Shown piece by piece: positions 1 to 10,679 of a DNA stretch of 64,000 nucleotides. The notes below the pieces were generated by a model that saw only the letters and a list, made by a program, of their open reading frames with translations, was not told where the DNA came from and did not search any database. Numbering within the stretch: the first letter of the stretch is position 1; the number at the start of each line of letters is the position of its first letter. The translations under genes were made by a program, and so were the position numbers. Origin of the DNA: Chrysemys picta bellii. Lineage: Eukaryota. The stretch covers positions 12,524,001 through 12,588,000 of the forward strand of contig NC_088811.1 of the NCBI RefSeq assembly GCF_011386835.1, in the 5' to 3' direction.

Positions 1-23
1 CCTCCCCTGTCCTCCCTCCCCAG

Positions 24-190
24 TGTTCTGACTCTGATAAAAAATGCCACCTCTGGACGGCCATGGACTTGGGGTTCTTCATTATGATGGGGATTGTAGG
101 AGGCCTTCTTGGAGCCACCTTCAACTGCCTGAATAAGAGGCTGGCGAAATACCGCATGCGGAACGTGCATCCAAAGCCGAAGCTGGTCAG
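24..190 (+). CDS. CLCN6: CLCN6 exon (CSDSDKK...KPKLVR)
   Basis: Pyrimidine tract + cag at 21-23; donor gtatcg at 191. Confidence 0.95.
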
Positions 191-3100
191 GTATCGGTGC
201 TCCTTTCCACCTGCCTTGGTGTAGTCTCTGTGGGTGTCTGTCTGTCTGTCCTCACTGTCTGTGTCCACAGCGCCTCAAAGAGTAAGAGCCACGGAGGCTA
301 AAGCACTGAAAAGTGGGGACTAGGTGAAAGGATGCAAATCCATCCCAGTGAAATAACAAAACCTGGCAAACCGTATAGCATCTGCAGAGAACTCTAAGCT
401 AACCTCAGCTACTACAATCCCACTACATCCCTGTAATGACCCTTGTGGTATAAAGGAGCCAGGATACCTTTATGATGAGTATGAAGGGGATTCTTTGAGG
501 CTGCTGTACACAGATTCTATGGATCTCTTCAGTTCCTAGACTAACAATACAGCTTGTGCTGCCTGTGTGTCACCACTGGGGGTCTCCCTAGGTCTTGTCT
601 GGGACTACGTAGTCATGGTAGGAACAGCTGATTATAGGACAGTGCCTTTTACTTAATCGGTTCATTTGATCAGAACATCTGAAGTCAAACTGTGTCCAAT
701 CCATTGATGCAGGAAATTAGTGCATAATTCAAGCTCTGGTTACGGGAAATTACCATTTAGCTAACAAGGAAGAGACACATTTTGAATGATCCAGAAAAGC
801 CCATGGAAGGCAGCTAAAAGCTTGTCTGTCAGACATTGCTATGGACGCTAGCCTCACCATGTGCTGTACAGGCCAAGAGCCCTACCCTGGGGGGCATGTG
901 GATAAGGAGGAGCAGTGGCTGAAATTGGAGGAAAGGCTCTAGCAACATCTCTCAGATCCTAGTGTGGGCCTCTTGGATTAATGTGATGGCAGAGAGGGTC
1001 CGTACAGGGCAAACCCAGTGCTGAGTTAAATGACACGGTATCCAAATACTCTCACCAGCCAAAGAGCTTTCAAAGCCTGTCATCCCATGTCAGAGGAGGG
1101 GCCTCCTGGCCTACACTGGCCTCTTTGCTCCTGATTGGATGGATCCCTCTGCCCAGCCTGCGTGGCCGGTCGGAATGAACATGATCACTAGACAGACTGT
1201 CTTGCAGAACCTCAAGTGACCTGCTGTCTGCTTAGTGGAGCCACAAATTGCTGGTTACTGTAGCTTTTTCAGAGCCATGTTGGATGCAGGGCTGTGTGCA
1301 AAGACCAAGGGCTTGATTAGTCTGAGCATGGTTGTCCCTGCATGGTTTCTGCTTTGTGCTTGCAGAGTCTTGGAGAGCCTGCTGGTGTGTCTAACAACCA
1401 CCGTTGTAGTGTTCGTAGCTTCCATGATTCTAGGAGAATGCCGGCAGATGTCTTCCACCAATCCTAGTGGCAACAGCACTCTGAGCCTTCAGGTAACACT
1501 CGTCCTACAGAGGGGCACAGTCCCCACGGCCCCAGGAAACACGCATCTGTACAGTGTGTCCATGTAACGCAACCTCACCTACATTAATATACACCCTTCA
1601 TAGACTCACCCACAGAGCTTCACTAACAGACTCCATCACCTATAGGTATAGGCCTGCATGCACTGATGAAAGCCAGATGCGTGAGAGAATATTGCCCCCC
1701 TGGGGCAAAGTGGTGGCAGTTGTGTATCTGGGCTCATTTGAAGTCCTGTATCCTCTGGATGTGATTTCCCCCAAAGGCAATGCTGAAAGGTGTGTGTGTG
1801 TGTGTGTGTGTGTGTTTACTCCGGTCCTGATGGCAGCTCCCAGTGGGGCGTGACTGGATTATATATTAACATAATGTCTGATTGCTGTTGGTTAGGGTTC
1901 TTCATCAGAGGATGTGAATTCAAGCATCAAGACTTTCTTCTGCCCCAATGAAACCTACAATGACATGGCAACGCTCTTCTTCAACCCCCAGGAGTCAGCC
2001 ATCCTGCAGCTCTTCCACCAGGATGGTGAGTGTCCAGGAGATGCCGTGCTCGGGTTCCCCGCCAGCATCATCAGAGTCTTGTCTAAGCCTTACCTGTGGT
2101 TCCATGGGAATCGGAGAACTAAAAGCCTCTTCAGATTCCTGCGGTTTTCAGGGCCTGCTGAGAAACAGGGCTAGGGCTCCAGCTGCAGTGAATAGGGCCT
2201 GCGGTCTTAGCTTCTCCCTTGGTCTGGTTCGTCATCCTCACTAGTGCCCACTGGGATTAAGGAGTTGCTCTGAGATGGAGAGGAGAGTCTGCTCCGATCC
2301 CAAGGGAGGACGTTGTGAGATCCCAGCTTGACCCAGGAGGCCTGTGCCCCTGGGTCATAACTCTTCTTGTGTTGCAGGTACTTTCAGCCCAGTCACGCTC
2401 TCCCTGTTCTTCCTTCTCTATTTCTTACTCTCCTGCTGGACGTATGGGAGCTCTGTGCCCAGTGGTCTCTTTGTACCATCACTGCTTTGCGGGGCTGCCT
2501 TCGGACGCCTGGTCGCCAACCTCCTCAAAAGGTGCATTGTGTGCATGTGCTGTAGAACGCTGCTGACGCTGTCTAGACTCTTGACCGGCTTGGTCCTGAT
2601 GCCAGGGCTGTGTGTGCTTCCTCCATAGCTACATTGGGCTGGACCACATCTACTCGGGGACCTTTGCACTGATTGGTGCGGCGGCGTTCCTGGGAGGCGT
2701 GGTCCGCATGACGATTAGCCTCACCGTCATCCTGATAGAATCCACCAATGAGATCACGTACGGGCTTCCGATAATGATCACCCTGATGGTGAGCACCATG
2801 TCTACGCCCCCTCTTGGTTCCTGGCCAGACTTTGGCTTTTCTCTGCTTGGCTGAGGGAGGCTCCCATGCATGTCCATCCTATCCGCCGCCTCTCAGGTTT
2901 GAGGACCAGGAGTCCTGTGCTTGGAAAGCGGTTGAACTACTACTTTTCTGTCTTTCTAGGTAGCCAAATGGACAGGAGACTTCTTTAACAAGGGCATCTA
3001 TGACATCCATGTGACCCTGCGAGGGGTGCCGCTGCTGGAGTGGGAGACGGAGGTGGAAATGGACAAGTAAGGACATTGCTCTCGATTGTACCTGTGTTTA

Positions 3101-6100
3101 AGAACTGATTGTGGCTTTCTGGCCTGGTGGTAAATGCTCTTCAGGATGGGACACCTCTTCTTCTCTCCCTATGGGACTTCATGGAAGCATTGGAGAAGTA
3201 GCTTGAGATTGTGCATAAAGACCGCAGTGAGGTGGGAAGCCTGGGGCTTTTCTTGAGAAAGGTGGATGGCAGAGTGATCAGAGTAAAGGCATTCCTGAGT
3301 GCTATCCCTTTCTCTGCCACTGTGGACTGGGAAAGTCATCTAACCTCTCTGAACCTCCCTTTTCCCATCTTTAAAGTGGGCTAATATCTCACCAGGGTGG
3401 GTTGGTTGGTTAATTGAAATGCATCGCTAATTAATAAGTCTGGGACTAGATTAATAAGGCTGGGACTTTTCTGCTCGGAAAAGAGACGACTAAGGGAGGA
3501 TATGATAGAGGTCTATAAAATCATGACTGGTGTGGAGAAAGTAAATAAAGAAGTGTTAGTTACTCCTTCACATAACACACGAACTAGGGGTCACCCAATG
3601 AAATTAATAGGCAGCAGGTTTAAAACAAACAAAAGGAAGTATTTTTGCACAAAACGCACAGTCAACCTGTGGAACTCTTTGCCAGAGGATGTTGTGAAGG
3701 CCAAGACTATAACAGGGTTCAAAAAAGAACTAGATAAGTTCATGGAGGATAGGTCCATCAATATCTGTTAGCCAGGATGGGCAGGGATGGTGTCCCTAGC
3801 CTCTGTTTGCCAGAAGCTGGGAATGGGCGACAGGGGATGGATCACTTGATGATTACCTGTTCTGTTCATTCCCTCTGGGGCACCTGGGATTGGCCACTGT
3901 CGGAAGACAGGAAACTGGGCTAGATGGACCTTTGATCTGCCCCAATATGGCCGTTCTTATGTCCAGCTAAAGAACCTATTGCTCTTTTAGTGAATGGAGG
4001 TAGCAGGGCAGGCTCTGCCTGATACTGTTATAAAATCACTGGCCCCTGGGTGCTTCCCCGTGTCCTTGGCCACTTTGCTTCCTGTAGAACCGCAAAGCCT
4101 AGAGGTTGCGACAGAACACAGCGACGAAGGGCTTGGTGAAAACGTTGAGGCAGTACGCAGTTTTTGTTTCCCTTTCCAGGTGGTAGTGAAGGAGAAGGAA
4201 CCCTTGCGTTGTCCGTCTAAGTTAGAGGGACAGGAGCCTTTGTCAGCTTGTCTAATGCATCGCGCACTCCTGTGATGCTATGTAGATAGCGCTGCTGTCT
4301 CGGTAACCTTACAGCTGTTCTCTGCAAACAGGGTTTGTAGGAATTGCCAAGGCAGCACTAACGTGAAACGGGTTCCATGGGGTTCTCTCTGGTGCTGGTT
4401 CTGCACCATGCTTGTTTGCAGCTAGTGTGTTGGCACCTACAGCTGTGCATTTCTGCATTGCCTCAGGCTGAGAGCCAGCGATATCATGGAGCCCAACCTG
4501 ACGTACGTGTATCCCCACACCCGGATCCAGTCGCTGGTCAGTATCCTGCGCACGACGGTCCATCACGCCTTCCCTGTGGTGACGGAGAACCGGGGGAATG
4601 AGAAGGAGTTCATGAAGGGGAACCAGCTGATCAGCAACAACATTAGATTCAAGGTGAGGAGGGAGGTGGCCACCCAGTACCCTCAGGGATAAGGGGCTTT
4701 TCTCTGATCATGGAGGGAGGCAGCTTCCTGGTCATCCTGGCGGTCGATGGTGCACAAGTCATGCTTGCCTCAGTGTGCAGCTTGTCCTCGACTTAGTTCC
4801 GCAGCTGAATATGTTTTGGTGTCAGGAAGAGGTTCCCCGTTTTCTAAGTATGTGGCAGGAGGGATGGAGTGAAGCTGTCGTGCTCGGTGAGGAATTCTCT
4901 CCCAAGGGCAGTGGTGGAAACTCGTTCCTTCGGGACACGTACCACCGGGCGGGGTGGGGTGGGCGGGGGTGGAATGCTTGTGAATGTGCCGTATGGAGCA
5001 CTCCTGAGCTAGCAAGAACCTGGGCAGCAGCAGGTCTGTTCCAGCTCTAGATTCTCCCATTTTTAAGAGCGTGAATCCTGCAGTCCTGGCAATACCTGCA
5101 AATACAATTCCTGGGAGAGCTCCGGAGCAGCCAGCCCTTCGCTGGCGACTTCGTTCAGATCAGAACGGGTTCATTCTTGCACTCCGTGCCTAGAGCACTC
5201 AGATGTTCTGCACTTTACCTGATTCCTGACCCCCTGTTTTGCACGAGGCCTGTGTCCCTTGTCTAAAGGTTCTGCTCACCCCCCCCCCCAGAAATCCAGC
5301 ATCCTCACCAGAGCTGGAGAGCAGCGCAAGCGGAGCCAGTCCATGAAATCTTACCCCTCGAGCGAGCTGCGCAACATGTGTGATGAGCACGTAGCGCCAG
5401 AGGAGCCGCCCGAGAAGGAGGATCTGCTGCAGCAGATGCTAGAGAGACGGTGAGACCCCGGGGGTGGCGATGGTTTGAAACACAGTGGGGTTTACCTATG
5501 GTGCTTATGTGGTCCCCGTTACCATAGTGACTGAGTGCCTCACATCTTCTCACAGCGCACTGTGAGGCCGGGCCAGGCCGTTAGCCCCATTGTACAGATG
5601 GCGTGCTGAAGGAGACTAAGTGACTTTCCCAAGGCAAGGACTTGTCACTGCAGCAGAGCAGGGACTTGAACCCAGCTCTCCCAAGTTGTAGGGCTGGGGC
5701 CTTAGCCACTGAACCGTTCTTCCTCTCCGTTTACTGTGCTCCAGCCCGGTCATCTCCACGCCTTACGACGTCGCCATTCCTCCTCTAGACTTCCCTACTG
5801 GCTCCTGCAGGTGTACCTGGGAGTCTCTTAACACCTGCCCCTCTTTCGTAAGGGGACGTGGTGATTGTGAAACCAGCCAGCTGTATCTGCAGCACGGGTG
5901 GTGGCAGGGCAAAGTTCCCCCCTTGTGTGCCTCGTCCTGCCTGGGTGATCCCTGCTGAGCTAGCAGCCAGTGTCGTCCTGCACTGGTCTGGTTTCACAAT
6001 GTGGACAGCAGCCTGCTGGGAGCTGGGCTGAGACCCCCAGCTGAGTTTCACACACGTGTGTGGTTTAATGGTCAGAGCAGGGACTCCGTCCGGGTTGGGA

Positions 6101-9100
6101 AGACTGGTTTCTGGTCTGCTTCTGCCACTGAGTTGCTGTGTTGGGGCAAGTCACTTAACCCTCTGCCTCAGGTTTCTGATCTGTACGAGAGATGGGCAAG
6201 CTTTTTCCCCATTGTGAAGTACGTTGAAATGCTTGCATGAACGGCACTCTGTGTGGGCCAAGCACTTCACAGCATCAGACAGTAACCTATTTTGGTGGTT
6301 CTGTTCCTCTGCCATTGTTACTTTTAAGTACGTCTGAGCAGTACCCATTGTAACAAGTTGTGTGAAATCTGTCACAGATACACTCCCTACCCCAACCTGT
6401 ACCCAGACCAGTCCCCCAGTGAAGAGTGGACCATGGAGGAACGCTTCCGACCTCTGACCTTCCACGGCTTGATATTGCGCTCGCAGCTGGTTACCCTGCT
6501 CGTCCGAGGAGTCTGTTACTCTGAGAGTCAGTCGGTGGGTCTTGCAGATTCTGGGGCAGATGAGGATTCTCTGTGGGAAGGGAGGAATTGGGAAGACGGC
6601 ATCCCCAGGGGCTGCCATGCAGTATTTTAAACTCCATCGTCCCCTTAGAAGCTGCAACGGGTAGAACAGTGAATCCTCCCTTTTGTCTGCGAAGTGAGAA
6701 CTACGCCTGTTATGTAACTGTGCAAGTGCAGGGAAAAGGCGCAGCTACCAAACAATAGCAGCTTCTCTATGAAAATGCCCAGTGTACTGCGTAGAGGTGA
6801 CATCCCCTCGTGGGAGAGGAGAAGGGGAGGGGAGAGGTCTGACTTCCCATAGTGCACCCATCAGCATGGTGTCATTGTCCCCCGTGTCTCTGCCTCTCAG
6901 TGGCTTGCTGGACAGATGTATCTCCGGGCGTGTAGCAAGTGAAATGATCCAGCCTGTTTGGTGCCCAAGTCCCGCAAAGTATCTCCATGGATTGGAGAGC
7001 AAATCAGTCCTTTCCGCTCCTCTCCTCTGCCAAAAGTGTGACTCCTTGTATTGGTTAAGTGTGTCCTGCTCCGTTGTGAATTATCTCCAAGCATCCCTCT
7101 CCAGACACGTGTGTAACTCCCTGAGCCTGTCGGGGGACCTGGAGGGTTGCTGAGAGCTCCAGTCTTGCCTGTGCTCTCGCATGGCTTCGGCCGCTTTAGG
7201 AATACCCTTTCGGAAGGGTGATGCTTCTCGTCAGCGAGGCTTTTTCATTGTCGAATTGCAGAGCACCAGCCAGCCTCGACTGTCGTATGCCGAGATGGCT
7301 GAGGATTACCCCCGTTACCCTGATATTCATGACCTGGACCTCACGCTGCTGACCCCACGCATGATAGTGGTAAGAGATGCTGATGGGAACCTGCTGCCCT
7401 GTCGTGGTGCCCTTTCTCCCTGATGCATGTTCTCAGGAATGCTCCAAAGACCTCTAAAAATGCTTCCCCGGCGGGTTACGGAGACACTTCATACCTAAAC
7501 TTACTCCCAAATTCCAATTCTGGTCTCCCCGGGCTGCTGCTTTAGGTTGAGCCCAGGTTCAAATCCACTCTGGGTGACAGTGACCAAAAATCCTGCACCT
7601 CTGACATCTTGGTCTGAAATACTTTTCTGACCACTTCCTAGCTGCCTGGATTTAACAAATCAATTGAATGTTAGTGGGAGAACAGCTCCTGTTCTCAGTA
7701 GACTTGACTCTTGGTTTAAGTGAATATGGATCTCACTTGTACCTGTTCAAAATCTCCCTGACATTGGATTGGGCCTGCAGGCCCAAGCAAGAGGCCCAAG
7801 ACTCATGGAGTCTACAGGCCTAAAGCCCCCTCTCATCCCCTCCCTTCCTGGAGAATGGAAATTCACTTTGAAACTACCTGGTAGAAATGACCTCTGTGTT
7901 TTCTTCTTGACTCTCCCCAGGACGTCACTCCTTACATGAACCCATCTCCCTTCACGGTCTCCCCTAACACTCATGCCTCGCAAGTCTTCAACCTCTTTAG
8001 GACAATGGGGCTCAGGCACTTACCAGTGGTGAATGCGGTGGGAGAGGTGAGTCCATACTGTGGCCGTGTCCTGGCTGAGGGGGGCGTTATGGGGCCTGCC
8101 CCATGCTACATTTCAGTCCCAGATTGCTGTTGAAGAAACCTGTTCTGACAGCGAGCAGAATGTGACTTTCAGAGGATGGAGAAACCTCTCTCCACTATAT
8201 GGTGCTAAGTTTCACCCAATTGTGTCTTAACTGACACCTGCTCACTTGAAAAATCTTTAACTGAGGCTGGTAATAAAGATGAAACCTTCACGTGTCCCAA
8301 GTCTGGATCCAGCCTAGGTTGGCCGTGACTGGAAGCTGATGCTGTCTGATGCCTGTTCAGGGGTCTTAGTCCACTTCCCAGTGGGCAAGGGTCCACTTGA
8401 CAAAAACCACCTCAAGTGGCACTAATTGCCCTCTGTTTTGGCAGCGTCTGCAGCCAAAGAAGACTGAAAGCCCCTGGGAGCAATCTCTCCAGGTTGGGGC
8501 ACATCCTTCTATTAGACAGGAATTTACATTGTATTTGTAAGAGCTGAGACAGTCAACTATAGAACCAATCCAGTTATCCAGACTTGTGGCATTTGCAGTG
8601 CCCAAAAGTGCCCATCAGGTGTCCTCAGCTTCCCATGAACGTAGTAAAGAGTCAGCATAAGAAAATCTGCAAAGCATACCAGGACTAACCGCAGGACATG
8701 TGCGGGCGGGGGTCTTGCTCGTGTATTGGGTGAGCTGTTGCACTGGTGGGTCTCTTGACAGGGTTTATCGTGACATGAAGCCAAGTTGCCCCAGAGATTG
8801 TACATGCCATCCTCTTATCGAACACCTAGAATTAGCTCTAGTGTATTTCAGAGACATAACTGATGTGGTAGGCAAGGATGAGGCTGCAGAAGCTTTCTCA
8901 GAGTGTCAGGGTTTCTGATGTTTGCCCCACTGAGCCTGCTAGTGGAAAGCAAACATTGCAAGCAAGAGCTATTGAGCGGTCACGCATTTTCTACTGTGGC
9001 CCTACAGAGTATACAGAAGGATCCTAGCACTGATCTTTACATGCATCCCCATTCTGCTGAACACCTTCTGGTGTTTCTGCCACTGTCCGCACTTCACAAG

Positions 9101-10679
9101 GTTTAAATCCCCCCCCCCCGCGCGCGCGCCGCTTGTGAGGCAGAGCAGCGCTGTAGGTGAGGGCAGGAGACCAGGAAGCACCCAGCACTTTACCTTGTTT
9201 AGCCTTCGTCCTCTGGCTCTCCTGGGTTGCCTAGAATTTATTGCTGCTACTGACAGTCTCCCCAGGTGGGAGTTCATGGACGTCCCACAGTGGGGTTCAT
9301 GGACGTCTCTCTAGTACGCCCACACGAGGGTTGTGCTGGCCAGAGGAGCCAGCAGATGGACTCTGAGGCTAAAAAGGCAATTAACACAATTAGCTAAAAT
9401 GTCTCGATACAGAAGTGCCTAATGCTGCTGGCTCATCAGGAGAGTCCAACACATCTCTGGGCCTGAGTCGGCCCTTGTATTGGCCCTTACAGTAAAAGTT
9501 AAGCTGGGTAGAAGTGGGGAGAGATCCTGGCTTTACCTGCCTTTGCAGCTGTAGTCTGAAGTATTCCCTCCCTCCCTCAGATTTCCTGTTCTGAGCATGG
9601 AGCTGTTCCTGGGGGTGAGGAAGGAGGATGTTGAGGACCCGATCGTGTACAGCTGGGCTGTGACCAGACAGGCAGCTTCAGTAGAGTGGGTGTCCAAAAC
9701 CATATGGCACTGAGGAGTTTCTTTCCTAAACGATACTCTGAGGTGTAACTAGCACCGTCTAGAAACGGCTGAAAATAGATCAAGCATGATCTTAAAGTGG
9801 GGGTGACTAGAAACCTGGCTACTTGGACCCTACGGAAGGTGAATTGAAAGAAACTGATCTAGAGACGGTTTCACTCTTTTCCACAGAGACTGGAGAGCAG
9901 TAACACATTGGCCAAAAGCGTTCCTTTTAGCTGCCTCACTTTAAGCATCCTTTCTTTCTCAACATGCTGAGCACCTGTTGCTCCCAGTGATGCACCCAGC
10001 ACCTCCGGTATTCCGGCCACAGAGGCGTCCAACTCGACGCACCTGACTTTGAAAAAGTTGGCATCATTATATAGCTTACGAAGCGATACCACCCCATATG
10101 GGCAGTATTAAACCAGTTTCAGATGGAGAAAGTCTGAGGTTGGTGACTTGTCTGTGGTCTCGACTGTATGCAGATTTTGTACCAATGTAACTATTTTGGT
10201 TAGTGGTATGATTTTCCTGCAGATATATAGCTATATTGTGCTTTATACCAACACAGCTTATTCCCCTTCTCATATGCTTATAAAGTACCTTCATACTGAT
10301 ATTACTACATCCATGCTAAGGTTGTGCTACAGTTATACTGGTCTAGTTACATTGGCGTAACTTGAGTGTAGACAAGCCCTAAGAGAGAGAGAATCCTGTC
10401 AGAGCAGGAATTAGAGCTTGAACCGGCTCCCAGCCCTGTGTCTAGACCAAGCCTCCCGGAGAATTGCCCGAGACTTCTCACCTGGTTTTTCAGGTCAGCC
10501 AGAAGAAACACTACTGCTTCCTCTCCTCCACCAAGCCCTTGTCACCTAACGTGAGTCTGTGAGACTGACTTGTATGGTTTCCTCTCTCCCCTCACCAGAT
10601 TGTTGGAATAATAACACGGCACAACCTGACTCATGAATTTCTGCAGGCAAGACTGAGACAGCACTACCAGACCATCTGA
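24..10679 (+). CDS. CLCN6: H+/Cl- exchanger ClC-6, 3' part (12 exons, probably exons 12-23; 5' end outside window)
   Basis: join(24-190,1366-1492,1896-2025,2378-2531,2629-2788,2960-3066,4467-4653,5292-5449,6378-6534,7262-7369,7921-8046,10599-10679) = 1662 nt, 553 aa + TGA. All introns GT-AG and phase-consistent. Translation runs from [17 protein letters not shown] through the CBS region to [26 protein letters not shown], matching recalled human ClC-6. Confidence 0.97.
1366..1492 (+). CDS. CLCN6: CLCN6 exon (VLESLL...STLSLQ)
   Basis: tgcag acceptor; gtaaca donor. Confidence 0.95.
1790..1815. repeat. (GT)n microsatellite
   Basis: Direct. Confidence 0.95.
1896..2025 (+). CDS. CLCN6: CLCN6 exon ([12 protein letters not shown]...FHQD)
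   Basis: ttag acceptor in frame with the previous exon; gtgag donor. Confidence 0.9.
2378..2531 (+). CDS. CLCN6: CLCN6 exon (GTFSPVTL...ANLLKS)
   Basis: tgcag acceptor; gtgcat donor; contains [18 protein letters not shown]. Confidence 0.95.
2629..2788 (+). CDS. CLCN6: CLCN6 exon ([10 protein letters not shown]...IMITLM)
   Basis: catag acceptor; gtgag donor; contains [16 protein letters not shown]. Confidence 0.95.
2960..3066 (+). CDS. CLCN6: CLCN6 exon ([17 protein letters not shown]...EMDK)
   Basis: ttctag acceptor; gtaag donor. Confidence 0.95.
3451..3962 (+). mobile_element. 5'-truncated CR1 LINE (ORF2 C-terminus + 3'UTR) in a CLCN6 intron
   Basis: ORF 3502-3771 (RTRGHPMKL...[12 protein letters not shown]...FKKELDKF) is typical of the CR1 ORF2 end; 3' tail gccgttcttatgt. 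Confidence 0.9.
4467..4653 (+). CDS. CLCN6: CLCN6 exon, CBS1 (LRASDIMEP...NIRFK)
   Basis: ctcag acceptor; gtgag donor. Confidence 0.95.
5292..5449 (+). CDS. CLCN6: CLCN6 exon ([10 protein letters not shown]...QMLERR)
   Basis: poly-C + cag acceptor; gtgag donor. Confidence 0.95.
5555..5715 (-). mobile_element. MIR/CORE-SINE
   Basis: cccattgtacagatg...aagtgactttcccaagg...cttgaaccc. Confidence 0.7.
6085..6270 (+). mobile_element. MIR/CORE-SINE
   Basis: tctgccactg..ggggcaagtcacttaaccctctgcctcag core. Confidence 0.7.
6378..6534 (+). CDS. CLCN6: CLCN6 exon (YTPYPNLY...YSESQS)
   Basis: cacag acceptor; gtggg donor. Confidence 0.95.
7262..7369 (+). CDS. CLCN6: CLCN6 exon (STSQPRLSY...PRMIV)
   Basis: ttgcag acceptor; gtaag donor. 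Confidence 0.95.
7921..8046 (+). CDS. CLCN6: CLCN6 exon, CBS2 (DVTPYMNP...NAVGE)
   Basis: ctccccag acceptor; gtgag donor. Confidence 0.95.
10155..10380. mobile_element. Degenerate Harbinger-like MITE in the last CLCN6 intron
   Basis: Right end agtgtagacaagccct; left end decayed. Confidence 0.45.
10599..10679 (+). CDS. CLCN6: CLCN6 last coding exon (IVGIITRH...HYQTI*)
   Basis: caccag acceptor; TGA at 10677-10679. Confidence 0.95.
   Translation: MVGIITRHNLTHEFLQARLRQHYQTI

Noticed and set aside
3502-3771. 89-aa ORF
   Set aside because: C-terminal fragment of CR1 ORF2 in a truncated LINE, not a host gene
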